A DNA stretch of 64,000 nucleotides, taken from positions 29,512,001 to 29,576,000 of the forward strand of contig OZ281495.1 in NCBI GenBank assembly GCA_965637545.1. The letters run 5' to 3'. This DNA comes from Phallusia mammillata. Its lineage: Eukaryota. The position numbers and the translations under genes are program-made. The notes under the pieces were generated by a model, which worked only from the letters and a program-made list of their open reading frames with translations, did no database searches and was not told the DNA's origin. Of the stretch, positions 36,101 through 51,100 are shown piece after piece; the stretch's first letter is position 1, and the number at the start of each line of letters is the position of its first letter.

Positions 36101-39100
36101 TACTGCTGTGTCATGTTTATGACTCAGCAAAGCCCAAGCCCGCGATTAAACCGTAAGAAAGGTGACTTTTAATTTACAACAACAAACACCGTAACTATAT
36201 ATGACATGTGACAGCTCACATACGGAACACACAAATCGTTTCCATTTCCCAGAGCCCATTACGTAATCGCTGATGACGTCATACTGTTTGTGAGTCGCTA
36301 AATCACACGGGTTGGCTTTTAATTAACAGGAACTTGTGCGATCGTTAAAATTCCGTGGTCATGAGTCGGAAACTTTACCAGGCGGAGGACAGGGCCGGTC
36401 GCTCGGGGAGGGTTCTAAACCTACCTTTGTAAATGCTAAATAAATTTTTTGTCTGGAATACAGCAGCATGTTTGTAGGCAATGAAACACAGAGGTTATGT
36501 GCTGCGCAAAGAAATAGGACGACAAGGGGTAAAAAATACCGTTGCAAAGACCCTTTGGTTTAGCTGCATTTTAATTAACAAGACCCCTTGTTTAATATTC
36601 GCCGGTGTTGTAGTTGGACATTAAATGTGTCGCGAAACGTTCGCATAAATGTTTTAGAAAAAGTAAATCTCTCTAAGTGTTGCAAATTACAGACTAACCT
36701 ACAAATCAGCGAAACATTTGAAAATATAAATACCTACAAAACATTGTATTCCCGCTCTGGCCTGAAGGAAATACATTAAGAAGCAATTTTTTATGCTTGG
36801 CGATTAAGCGTACACTTAGGCAGTTGGTATGCCATTTGAAACTTGAAGGGTATTACGAACGTTTAATGGTACTTGTATTGTGTAGTGCGAAAGTCCCTGT
36901 ACTCCGCACTTACAATGTTCCATTTTGTTTGTTAAACAAGCACATTGTTGGCGAAAAAAGAAACGAATTGCATCGTACTCTGAATATATTCCCATGACAC
37001 AATTATGATAAAAGTCCAAACATTGTGGCAAAATTTAACGGTTGTTTATGTGTGAGCCAAACACAAATCTAGCAGAATACAAAGCAATCTGCGCCCCAAA
37101 CGTTGTTGTATAAATCCAGTGGTGGGATTCAGCCGGTTCGCACCGGTTCTAAAAATCGTCTTACGAAATTGCATAAGATCACCGAACCGGTTAACATTAC
37201 TGGTTACTGTCAATGTACTTTTTGTAACAGAACCGGCAGAAAAATATGAATTTTGTGGTAGAACCGGCTGACAAACAATTTTATTCTCACCACTGCATAA
37301 ATCGAATGAAACTAAAATAGTGCAAATTAAGTCTTTTGCGGGCTCTAGAAAAATCCCTATTTCCTTTCATCAGTTGTAGTTTGTGGGGCTCGGGAGTGCC
37401 ATTGTCCTCCCAAGGCAGAAACTGTCCATTCCCTGTCTGTTATGTGTGCTCGGTTGCAACTTAGCGCTCGAATGCAGGTGATTGTTGACTAATTTACAGC
37501 GTGTTTGCCCGGTGTGACAACGGCGTCGCTTTGTTGAAACCGCGCGGCTCGCTCTGATATACTGCGGCTACTTAAACATAGGTGACGCAGAGCAGAGAGA
37601 CCGGCCAAAAAGTGATAAGACTCTTCAGAAGCCAAGCACGCGAGGAGTTTCCTTTGTGAAAGAGCCACGGTATTCGGAAGTCACCGGTCAGTTTGTAGCA
37701 AGTAGCGATGATTAATGGCGCAAAATCGGATGTGTATCAAATGCGTTATCGGGTTATTGTGTGTAGAAATTCTTAAAACGGCAGCGGGTCGTTGGTCCAT
37801 CGCCGCTGAGCAAATAGAGATGATATGAGTAACTGTTTCGTGACTGGTAAACCGGATTATTTCACATGTAGGCGAATACTAGCTTACACAATAAACATCA
37901 ATCTTACGCAACAGATGTTTTGAACATATGAAATCAATTCAACCGAAGATAAATAAAAGTTTCAATTTAACCTTTGCGAACATAAAGGTGAAAATGTAAA
38001 ATAATGAGATCAGGCTACATTTAAACAGCATTTAGTATCATCTTTTCTGACCTTTACACACATACAACAATTGATAAATACAAACATACTAAGACCTTGA
38101 CTCTTTAAACAAACGCAGGAAATAAACAGCAGAAAAAACGATTACAAAAATCCAATTGTAAAACCAAAAACAAGAATTTTAAATTTGTGGGCGCGCTGTC
38201 AACTTTAAAACCATGGCCCATTTACAAATGAAGAAGCGCTACTGTATACCAAACACCACAATACGGCTCGGTGCATGTGTATAGTACGGGCGACATATCC
38301 CAAAAGGGTGATGACATAATGTAGAAAACACTTTTATCGAGATTACAAGCTTAGGACGTCGTATTGCTTTTGTTATTCACAAACATGATTTGGTAAAACT
38401 CGTACTTGTCTGTGAATGTATCGTGACAAACAAGGATGTTGTCAAACCGACACAGTAATAAAGTTCTGTGAAAAAAAACTGACAAAATATGTGACATTTA
38501 GAAGTTCTGCGAAAAGATAAATCTTTTTTCCGCGATACGAAACTAAACAAAAAATAAACCAATAACAAAGAACGGTGTTAAGAAAGGCGTTTTGAATGTT
38601 TAATATACTGGCCACAATCACTTGACAATTGACGTTATATAAAGGTCGTTTATCACTGACGTTTGTTTCGACATTTTGTGGGTGTTTACGAAACAATAAA
38701 AGTGTGCTGTGACTCCGTTTAGCCATTACATCACTTTGGGCTTAATAAATCACATTTGAAACGATAAATCCAGCCGCAAAAAGCCTTTAGGTCTCGCAAT
38801 TCAAACATTAGAGACTATAAGGGCAACAAAAGTAAGTTGCATCACACCTGAAAATAAGACTTTAGCCACAGGAGAAACGATGCCTTGGCGCTCTTGAAGC
38901 GATTTTACATCATTGTGCGGTTCCGACGTACCTGGCTACCGTATCAATGGCAAAACAACAAGGTAAAACCGCGATAATAGCGCAAACCGGTACTTGGACA
39001 ACACAAGTGGATGGGGAAATTACTCAAGTAAATTTTCCAACCAAACCACGGAAAGACTTGAAATCAATCTCAACAAACCGCACAATTGAATCTAAGAAAT

Positions 39101-42100
39101 GATAAATTTTTGCCGATGTAATTAACATCGTACAACTATTACTGCCTGAAGCAGTAGTTCTCAAACTGTGCGTCGTTTCGATTTTCCTAGGGCGTCGCAC
39201 AATAGTTCCGTTTCGTGGCTTTTTGTTGTTGTATCAATAAACACAACTTTATGATAAGTTTTCTCACTAACGTTTATTTGCTGGTGCGTCGCAAGACCAG
39301 AAAACTTTTCCAGGGGCGTCGCAACAAAAAAGTTTGAGAACCACTGGCCTAAAGGATCAGGCCCAATGAAAATGTAAACCGAAAATCAAATAAATATCTT
39401 TACAAACAGCAAGAAAGTGTGGTTTTGTACGTGCATGACCAAGACCAAAATTGCTGTTCGCAAAATTAACAAAAACACCTTCCCAACAAAAGCATTCGTA
39501 GAGACATCTTACGAAGCATATTGTTAACAACTCCAGTGTGTCGGAAAAACGCGGTCTGGGTCAAAAACAACAAGTTTTGGTTGCCTGGAGTGTTGAAACC
39601 GTGTGAAAATGGACAGGGCGTTTTATGTCCACGAGTTTTGAGTAGCTTTCCAACACACCTTCGCGATACGTCATACTTAAACTTTTGTCATCTTGTCTAT
39701 ATGTTTGTATAGTGTCAAGCACAGGTTAGGAGCAAATTCTTGTTTCCGGAATGTTCGGATGTGTTTAAATTTTAGTTTTGGTCGAAACAATTTTGTCGGA
39801 ATCTAGGATTAAATTTACTGTTGCTGCCAGACATAATATATCAACAATCATTTTCTCTTTTGAAAAAGCATTTCCCTTTATCCGACGGTCTGGCTTCCCA
39901 TGCGGCCACCTTTTCAGGAAATCTGGGACTAGAGATAACAATTGCCAAATGTTTCTCAAAAATTAAAACTATGTAATCGATTGCGCTAGGTTGTCCAACA
40001 ATGACAACACAAATCCTCAGTATTTAGTTCGTGCGTTTAGTTTATATGTTTGCAGATTTTGAATGGGACGTTGTATAACTCACGTAAAATATTACCAAGA
40101 AAGTTTGCCTGATATAAAAGTGTAAATTGCGAGTGGAATACCTTATGACAATATGAAATCACTCCTGCACGTATATTTGTGGTAGTTATTTGGAAAACAT
40201 TTCATCAGAAAAAAACGGTCACAAAAGTATCAAATTTCCTTTTCAAAATCCGAAATAAAATGTTCTCAAACAACTATGTTAGATAAAACGAACAAAGTTT
40301 CCTTTAATCCAAGACGAAATATGTTTAAAATGATCGATAGTTTTTTTTTGGCATACAACCACAAAACCACGCAAACATTTCACTTCCCATTTCCTAGTTG
40401 TAACAACTCGTATAGTGATGTGGGATAACCAAATATGGAAGCGCATCTGGTTGCAATACCGAGTTCAGCTGTTAAAGTAAGGTTACCAAGTGTTTGCTCA
40501 GGATGGGTTCTTTCGGGCGAGAAAGCGACCTCTTTACCCCGTTGTGAAAGTACAAGCCAAGCAACATATCGGGGTATATATATATATCACCCAAAGCGCA
40601 TTCCGGGTTTTGTGTATCGTTCCCACGCATAACACCAAATATGCTTTATGGTCATCGGCTTAGCACTGCACACAAAACACGACATCAGTGAAATAACACG
40701 ACTAATGGGTGATGGCTGAAAAAAGCGTGGGGTCCGTAACGCTTCGGGCAGGATCGCTAACTCACGTGAGGGCAGGGACCCTCCACGAGAAGGGGGGTGC
40801 GAGGGTTTTGAGGCAGAGGGCACTTATGCACTTGACGCAATGTAAATAGCAGGCTGTGAGGATTAAGTGAAGCGGTAGCGTCGGTTTTGTGACGCAACAG
40901 TGGCTTTTGCGACCCGGGAAATGTTACGGAAAAATTGGACGCGTTGTCAGCATCCAAACACCCCTAAAACACTTGACCTTGGGTAAACCTGGGGTCCCTG
41001 GCCGGGGCTGGGTCCCACTGGTGCACGGAGAGACATGCCAGCGCAATGCCAGGCCAATTGTTTCACGCGGGAAACACGCCCATGCAACCCGACGAACATA
41101 ATCGCGCATAAGTCGAGGATAAGAAGTTTAAACATCGGTAATAAGGGCAGCGCCCATGAGGATAATACTGCCAAGGGGGGCTTAGGGTTTGTGGGGCTTC
41201 AGAGAGTAAAAAGCATTAAGTGGCCATTAACTAAAAAAAGCAAAACTTGTCAAAAATTTGTAGGAATCGCTGACACCCCTTTATGTGAAGTGTTCTAACA
41301 AAAACGCCTAGAACGAATGACGTTTAAAAAACGAACTTTGAATATTTAAAAATAGTAACTATTTGTACAAGAATCAATCGACAAAAAGCTGAGCAAAAAA
41401 ACTTACATTTTACCCGTATAGACATTTACACTGCCTTACTTATTTAAATATCAGATATTGGGCTTCTCTATGTAGTAAATATAATTTTATCCATAAATGC
41501 AGACTCTTTATTTTGCATTAAAGAAAACCCGAAATCCCCAAATTAACTAATAATAAGGCATCAACAAGTGTACAATCTCAGAATGCAACATCTTTAAACT
41601 ATTGGCTTTAAACTTTGTCCAGCGTATGTCGTTTCAAAGTTTAATAATCAGAAAACTATTTCGCTTTTCACAACAGACTTAATTTTGTTTTCAGCGGATC
41701 CACCGGAAGAGGAACAATGTAAACCCGAATGTACTCGCGAATTCTGCACAAAGAAAAGGCGGCACGCCATTTGTTCTGCACGGTGAGTGAACAGAATATT
41801 TTAAGCCAACTTACAGCACACAACCACTACTTGCCATTAAACGCCTAAACCTTATTCAAAGGTACCGTTTTGTAAAGCGAGTTTAATGTCGCCTACTCCT
41901 GTTTACTGTCGATCCACTTTTACTCCATAATGTACAACATACAACATTATAAACCCACTAAAAACCGAATCTTTGCATTTTAAGCTGATTGGATCAAAGT
42001 AGGTTCACATCAACAAAAAAATTTTGCCGTACGAAATAACTTCAAACTTTATGATGACAACACTGTTGTTGAAACTGTTTATTTTGTGAATTACAAAACA

Positions 42101-45100
42101 GCGAAACGTTTTATGCCATGTTCTATGTAACAAAGCACGATGTTATATTACACTTACAACACTTCTGGCATGGATAGAGACTCGAAAATCTCAATACCAA
42201 AACATTATGTCATTTTGGACGATTTAATTTTCGTCACTGTCAAAAACATCGACCAGTTCAGTAAAAAGGGAAAGTCCCGATTAATTACTATCGATTGTGG
42301 GAGTTTTTTGGCTTGCTTGAACCTTCTGGCCCCTGTCCAGCTTAGGGTCAATCACTAGGGATAAACGTCCAACTGGACAATGGACAGTTAAGTTCTTCAG
42401 TGAAATTGGTTCAGCATGTCCGGCAAAGTATATGCAAAAAGCTTAAAGGGTGTAATGCAAAAAGGAAGAGGTTGTTTTTGTTAGGATGTGTAACGCGAGA
42501 GGTTGTTTTTGTTGACAGCCCAACGTTCTGGGGTTAATGAGGTTTTTCCGATGGTGAGTCACACTTAATCTATGTAAGCAATACAATTTTCCTTCCTAAG
42601 TTTCCGATTTTCCTTCCTAATTTTGTTGATATTGCCGTGCAAAAACATGCAGACCGCATGATGCATAATTAAATGTTGTTTTCAACTTAAATGACGACAT
42701 TGTTTTGTAGAATTAAACTAGGATTGTTTATTATCCACCACTACTTCCCAATAAAACACCATTACCGTTACCAACTTGCCCCATGTTTCGTATAACAATA
42801 AGGTTTGCACGAAAAACAGAAATTAAAATATGTTTATGTGCAAAAAGATGTTCTCTCTGAAATTATCTATGTTAGGGACTTTATTTATTTTTTATCTTTG
42901 TTTTTTTTCTTCATTTTATAAATCTTTGTTGCATAGAGCCCAAGGTATTTCAAAACTTTTCCAAAAAAATTCCACACAGCTTGCAACTTAATCCCAAACG
43001 ATAAGTCACAATCCAAAACCATAACTCATGATCTACTTGAACCGCAATTTACACACCGGACCGATACCGCAAAGTTATGCTCCCGTTTATATCCGCTGCT
43101 TATCGATGCCGGAATCTAACAAGTCAATAGGGCTATGACAGGGACCGTTAATAACCCTAAAATCTCGCCAAACGCAACTCCGACAAACGTATGAAGAATC
43201 CGTAATTCACACAGAAGCTGGGACTAGGGGGGTAATTGAGGGCGGAATAAAGGACCGTAAGTTTGGATAGAGATTAATTTGTTTCAATGCGAGTCCAATT
43301 GGCGTGTTTGGCAAACGCAAATAAAGGCCCTGAGCGTCAACGCCCGCTAACAGGCGCAGCGTGGGGTCCGAAATCCTAGTCAAAACGCCGGGGACCTGCG
43401 AAAGATAGCACGCGATCGAGTTTACCTTTCTATCCCAGCGCTATTGTTTTGCCTGCGATTCTTGTCAAGTCACAAATAGGTGCTCGATCGTTATATCAAA
43501 GGCGTAGTGCGCGCGACAACGGGTATTATTCGGTCAACAGCGGCGTCGGGATACCCCCTCGGAGATGGAAGGACCCCCACGCGGGATTTGGGCTTAGATC
43601 AGGCCGCCGAAGCGTAAACTTCTGTCAAAGTCTTTCAAACTTGCGACAGGTGGGCCTTAACCAGTTCGGGTCTGGAGTTTGGACTTTCGATCCCGGCGCT
43701 CGAGTTATTACAACCACCAGTATCAATATGCATTATTGTCCTTCCAAATCCGCTGTGATGTTTCAAGTACTGGTACCGCTTGATGAGTGCAAAGGCCGAT
43801 AGGTTTAGGTGCTTGAAATACCGATACGGGTTTATATTACGAAACATCAAGCCACGGCGAAAGTACCTTATAGCTTATGGACTGTGTACTCACGCCGGTG
43901 CAACGGTCTCGTTATTGTCGTGTTGTTGTCCGCTATCGCCAGAAATAGACATGTTTACATGTCCGTTGAAAGCGGATTCAAAGCGAGTATGGAAACAATG
44001 CACTTACTCAAAACCATCTTACAAAAACGGTGTACTAATACAGGAGCAAATTTTTATTTCATGTTAAGCAAGTTTGAATTTACCATGTTCTAGTGTTCGC
44101 GTTTAGCGATAATTCAAGGCTGCTCACCATACGAGTTTTGTGCCGCAAAACATAGTTAACGTGAAGTTGGTTCCTGCTGAAGTCTCAAATCTTAGCTACT
44201 TTTTTAATACGTTCGCTTCGAAATAATAAGCACCTCCGGACAATACTGACCGACATCGTAGCAAAACAAACGCCAAAGTTATCAACTAAAAGTTGATTTA
44301 CATAGTGTAAATTCCAACTTTTACACTGAGGAGAATTACACCCATTTTCGCCACATATCCAAGAAATTTTACGCGCGGGAAATGGTTGACCATATGTGGA
44401 AACCGATTTTAACGAGTGAAATCTAAAATCTTTGCCAAAAAATAAAAATTCTCGCGCTAATCATTCTAGTTAATTTTGAATTCAGCAACAAAAACGTTAA
44501 TTTTCCAATATATTGTCATGTAGGTTATTACTGCGGTTTATACACACAGCACAGCATGTCAACCCACTTTCCTCTGCTTTTTATAACTTAGCGAAAGGGA
44601 AACTTTTAATATGTCGATAAAAACAAGGTCATGAGCCGTAATGTAATCCTGAGTTTGCAGTTTTCGGCGTCGTAAACTTCTAACGAGGCCAGGACAAATA
44701 GGATTTATTATGCGATAGTCGAGTTGTGGTTTTAGCCAGAGTGTAACGCCGGCTCGTATAGGCCAGGATCTTTTGGATTATAAGTTAAACTCGATTCATG
44801 CATACCAACACATAACTAGCTTGAGCAGTTTTCCTGCAAAAACACATTTGTGTAATCAAACAACTTTAGGTTAAACCTTTATGTTAAATGTTTATAGCCA
44901 AAACTAGAACCTCAACAATTTATACCGATTTATAAGGTAATAAAATATTTGAAAAATCATGAAACGAAAAAGCGACCAAATAAAAAAAACTGGTCAACTA
45001 AATACTTGCAGTTTTATACTTTGGAATCCAGGTTTTTATTAAAGGCTTTAATTAACCAAAACAACAGTGACATTAATAATACGTTTTTAACAAACATTCT

Positions 45101-48100
45101 TTAGAAGAACAAAAACTGTATTTACAACAGAACATACAACCAAATACACTCAACAAGTTAATGTGGAGGGTAAAGGTCAAATTGAAATTTATGTTGTTTT
45201 GAAGAGTTGTGACGTGTTGCTTAATGTGCTTCAATGCTTTGCTGTTGACTATCTCGTCATACTGTCTTTGTGGGAGCCTAAAATTTATGAACCAAGTCAA
45301 CAACGATGTAATCGTCGACATCGCGCACTTTTCAGTAGCGCGGCCGGAATTCGAGAGCTCGGCGCCCGCAAAGTAGGCTTTAATACGCGGGATTTTGTTG
45401 AAAAACTGGCGCTCTAAACAACTTGTTGCAGCCAATACACTTTCACCAATACTGGGAATTCCATTTTAAACACATTACTGGAATCGGAAAATTGTTTTTT
45501 GGTATATCAAACAAAATATTGTCACCGACACTTTGCTTTGAAGTTACATTTTTTTCAGAGGCAAGAGTCGATGTTTACAGAGTAGAATATTTTAACTTTA
45601 GCGTTACAAAATCGATCTTGCATTGTGGAATTACACAAACCAGACAATTAGCCAATTATTCAACCAACAATTCAAGTAACAGTTAGCACAATTTAAACAT
45701 CAAGTCGATCGTTATAGGTTATTTGGCAGGAGATTAGGCTTTAAAGGTTTATGACATCTCGAATTAGGTCATAAAAACATTGGCACGCGACTAAGTTTAA
45801 ATTAAACTTTCAGAACCGCGTAGCCGGGTAAAAACCACAGTCATCCGGTAAAACTAAGCCAGATCCTTGTCTTTTAAGCCCAGATGATCACAGTAAAATG
45901 TGGTAAGTCTATACCATGTTTTGGTGTTTTATCATGCCTCGGTACCCCGCGCTATTATAAGACCCCTACACTAAACAAACAAACCCATATGGGGCAAGTT
46001 ACCCAGCGGGGTAAAAGGTCTGCCGGGTCCGGGGTAAAGGGGAACCGACGTGGGGTGTGGGGTTGCTATGCGGGGTGAAGAGCGATGGTCAGATAAGCAA
46101 AATACGTGAGGTTTGTTCGTGGTTTGCCACATACTTCAGGGTTGGGTCGACCTTCATAATTTGCCGGGTTTCAATTCTATGTCGAATACTTAAAATGCCC
46201 GTGCAAGAGAAAAGCGACTTGCGAGTTTTTGTTCAACCTTTTTAATGGTTGTTTATCAGTATGCACAATAAAGCACTACTGAACCGATGTCACGTGAATC
46301 ATATGCCTGACCTAGTTGTATTTTTTAAAATCATTACAACTGAACTGTTGTGAAATTGTGGTTGTAAGTCCGGCCTTGCTTTAGTTTCAACAAAAAGACT
46401 GACCAAGTTTCTGGCTTTAACTTTATTTTTGATTTCAGATTAGTTTACCTACACCTTTTAGGCTTAATTCAAGCTTGCTTTGAAACAGGCTTCGGGCGGG
46501 TTTGGGGCTCGTCATTACTCGTAGTAACATTTCAACCTACCGCCCGCATAAACCTGTCCAATTCTACAAATTGCATCTAAGCAACTTGGGCCTAAAGTTT
46601 TGACGAGCGAGGCTTATATAATAATGTAAATAGAACAAATATATGGGACTTTCAGCTGAATCTGGTTAACACGGTGACTGTCATAGAATACCATTACAAG
46701 ATGTCTCAAATACATTTTAATTCAAGTTCACGGTTTGAGTAGTTGACGATGAAACAAGGTAGTAACGACCAAAATGGTTACGATTGATTTCAGTGAGATG
46801 AGGTTGACTTTCAATGACAAAGTTTATTTTTTTTCGAGAAAACTGATCATTGCAAGTTATTCAATACAGTTTCAACCTATGTGGTAGTTATTATCTCGCC
46901 ATTTCGTTAACCAACGCATTGCCCAATTCAGTGCTTGACAACAAAAACGTGCAACTATGAAAGGTCATAAGGAATGCATTTTACCTGTATTTACACACTT
47001 CGCACAAACTTTTTTTTTACATCAATGGCATTGTGTATATTGACCATCCCACCGCGCCTCTTTTAATTCGCAACAAGGTCAACCAGCGTCTGATGTTTCG
47101 CTGGAAGTTCACCCTTTAGGAACAAACACCTCGAAACTGCACAACTGCGTTTGAAAACATGCAGCACTGAGCAAATATTGAATCGAAGGTTCAAAGGTCA
47201 AGAACGCCACCAGTCACGAAACACGAAACAACGACACCTCGCCCTCAAAATAACCACGGCCCGTGTTGCCCTTATACCACTTCCAACTTCACAGAGACCC
47301 CAGAATTTCCACTATGACGTCATAAACCCTGTTTTTACACGTGATCACAAACAGAATCGTCTATGTCCATAAAATGTCAGATCCATTTTTTGTAGGGTGT
47401 AGGACATGAACAAATCCACAGGCAAGCGATATGATGACGCTATCACATGACGTCACTAATTGCGTCATCTTGCTTGTAAATATCACACACAGCATTAATC
47501 CTTTTACTTCTTTGTTATTAAAAAAGACCCTACAAAAGCGTTTAAACAAACGTAGATTCATCAAAATGTTTCAGTTTCAAAAATGTTGAACCAACTTAAT
47601 TCGTGAAAGCGTTTTGTATTTAAGTGTTGTTTTATCAAATGGTTTTACGTTTCAATAATAGTTTTTTTGATGCAGGTCAAAAACAATACAACATCAGTCC
47701 TGTCAGGGAGATTGTCAGCACACGACGTGTTCGGCTTGTTTTCACCAGAAAGCTCCCGATTGCAAGGACAGGTGCGATTTTAACGACTTCAACTGCATCA
47801 AGAAGTTCGGAAAATGCGCAAAACGGAAGATTTACTCCAAGAGAAAGAAGCTGAGGGGAAAGTTTAAGCCAAAACCAGGGGTAAGAGCCATAAAAGATTA
47901 TGAACAGGAACTCACTGTCAAGTTTAAAGAGCTCTTCTGGCAAATTTAATTTTATTCCAACGTTTCGCCGTCCTATACAGGTCTTCTTCCTCAGGGTAAA
48001 TAACACTCACCGTGTTTTGCATTTTTTTTAGACAAATCAAGTATCTGGATATTTGATAGATTAATGCAAGTTAAACAACTACACTTAAATTTTTAATAAC

Positions 48101-51100
48101 ACGGTTTTTATACGTGGCTAAGTTAAATAACACCATTACAGCATCGAATGCAAAACATTGATACTCCTTCGGGCAGTTTGCTGCAACGACGGGTTGTCAG
48201 TAACCAAGGGTATAATTAGCGTTAAAATAGTATTTACCAATAAATGACAAGCAGTATGTTCAAAGCAATCACCGCCTTTGCCTCGTTCAGTCACGCCCCA
48301 CGGTGATTCGCTACAGCCAAAACACTAAGTAAGAATACGACGTCATATCATGAGAAAAGTGACGCAACAATACAGTTTAGGAAAAGAAACAAAAACCTCC
48401 TTCAAATTGTGTACCACCGCAAAGCACTTTATCAGTTTTACATATTACTTGATAATATTTCACCCAACTTAGCTTCAAGGAGCACTTATAAACAAAGGGG
48501 CAATTCATTGGGATATCAAGGCAAGCGCACTTGCCTGAAAGATAAGAATAAATCATCATGGAATAAGGGTTTTTGACCGATATGAAAACCCTAAACACAC
48601 ACTTAAAGCTCGAAGGCAAACAACAGGGTTTGACAACCAGGACTTTTAAGTGGTAGTAGGTGAAAATTGTCAATATATTATGTCATATTTTTAACCGTAC
48701 GGAAAGATTTAGATTTTCCTCGATTTTGCTTGATTTGTATTTACCTGATATTGTTTCAATTTATATTAGAGAGCATTTACATTGTGTTAACGTATGTACT
48801 CAATACTGAACTGGGAATTTTTGGTCATATTAGGAACGATAACACACAATTCTTAAGGGTTTTTTTTCACTACACGATGCAAATTTATTTAATACAATAA
48901 TACGGTATGGCAGTTTCAACGAAAAACAAACGATCTGGGCACAACTACAAACTTGAACATAGATCGGAACATCAATCTACCGCATCTACAAAACTTGGGT
49001 TTAAAAGTGAAAACCTTATGACAAAAACATGTTTACGATTTTTCAAGGTGACGAAGTGACACATCGCATTTCGTATTTTCATTAAGGCGTTGCCTTCCTG
49101 AAACGTGTCAGAAAAACCCAGACCACTTGTCTATGGAACCTAAATATATCGCGCAAAAACAACTTTTTCACGCCGCTATTGACAACCCATACAAACGCGA
49201 TCTCGCCATAATGTGGACAAGGTTTGAACGACTTGTCACAAGAGTTGCGTAACTTTGAGCTGGGTGTTTCGATACAGGAGTGACGTGGACTATAATATTC
49301 TTTCTGTACAACACTTACGCAATCCGACCTAAAACCAGAGGAGTGTGTATGCTTTACGCTATATTTTTGGGGGGTCTGAAGCAGCCAAAATCTAATAAAG
49401 GAGCCTGTCCTAAAAGGCTAATAGAGGGAAGTACACATTTCTGGCTTGCACTTTATATCCCTAATTGCGGGATATAACGCCAAAATTATTCGTCAATATG
49501 GTAAAGTTAAGTGTAAGTGTACAGAAAATTGCACATTCTGGCCTAAAAACAACCTTTATCGGTTTTAGTAACTGAAAGTGCTGACATATTACTGTATAAC
49601 AGTAAACGAAGTGTCTGCAACCTGATTGTCATTTAGTAATGTCACTTACGAAAAAATTATGTAAATATTTACCTATTTACATAGGGGCTCTCCGGCCAAA
49701 TGGGTGAAAAACGTGACTGGGTTGTATCGCCCTATGGGTCCCTTATCCTACGTGGACAACGTTTCCAACACGATCTAAAGTATAGATCTGTCGACGTGGG
49801 TAGTCTTGACCTATCATGAGTCGGCAAGTTTACTCCAACAGAAATGGGTGCGATATTTACGCTTTGTCATGTTACGTCAAATATTGGGGCGTTTCATAAC
49901 TTGATCAACTTACACCTTTTATTAAATTGGAAAGCCATTACGGAAGGTGACGATATTATGAATGTTGTCATTAAAAGTGTGAACAGCCATAGCCCAACGG
50001 TGATCGCGTAATAAGCTTGATGTTCCAGGAGTAAAATAACAATATACTTTTGAAGGGGTCGTTAAACAGCATAAACATGGAAAAGATTGTGGTTGTATAG
50101 GACATCGAAATGTCGATTGTTTATAATAAAACTGCCGGATGAGCAATACTTGGTTATACATTATGCCTGGCATCAATAGCCTATTTCATTATTGTGGTTA
50201 CAAGTCGTTAAATTATTTTTTACCCAATGTATTTGCATTACGGAAGGCGTTATCATACAATTTTAAGTTTGCGAAGTTAAAGATGGATTTATTCAGTTAT
50301 GAAATAATAGTGTGGTAAAAAATTGTGACTGTTAATTTTATCTTCAAAAGCCTCTTTGAAAAAAAGGTTCGCTGAACAACAATTACAACGACCAGAATTT
50401 TTTACAAAAATTTAGAGGCCCATAATTTCCCAAGAAGTTGCAATAAGAAATGCACATTTGGTATTTCGTCATTTCCAATTCCAAAGATCCTAAAACCGAT
50501 TGTAGCCTGAGTTTGTGTCTTGAGGTATTTTGTCATCGCTACAAAACTGAATCTAACGTCAACGAGTCAGACCTACATACAACGCACCCAACAGGCTCGT
50601 GACATTTTACCACAAGCTGAATAGCACAGATAACAAAGGTTTTCAAACCACAGGCGTATTACATTCAGTTTCTCGTTATAACGACCAGGTGTCAAGTATT
50701 AGCGATTGGCACAAAATGGGTTCGGCATATGGTTCTGGTATTTGGGATTACATGCTTTGTGATATAGAGGTCAATGACATTAGCATTAAAACTCGGCTTG
50801 CTTAAAGGGCGAGAACTGTGGTCTACAGAATTGTACGTTATGTGAAAGTTCTTGTGGTGACATCATAAGCTGAAACTAAATCAATGACCTAAGCAGTGTG
50901 CAATATTGCACAAAGTTTGAGTAGTTACAAACAACGTGGGAACGAAAAACCACAAAGCTTCATGATTTACTACTAGTGTATAGACGAATTTCGCATTTTA
51001 AGACCCTCGTTATGAAAGCAAAGCTGAGGCGACTGGCAACCTTTCAAAATCAACCCCGGCACGCGAACGATTGCTGCCAAAACATACGTCAGTTAATGGC

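Noticed and set aside
40690-41200. GC-rich intronic block with several short ORFs (also 53445-53870)
   Set aside because: No recognisable protein motif, splice pattern or TIR/TSD; possibly regulatory but unsupported.
47677-48006. 109-aa - strand ORF and 76-aa + strand ORF 47624-47854
   Set aside because: They overlap exon 3 of the IGFBP-domain gene, which is read in a different frame with a clear Cys pattern.
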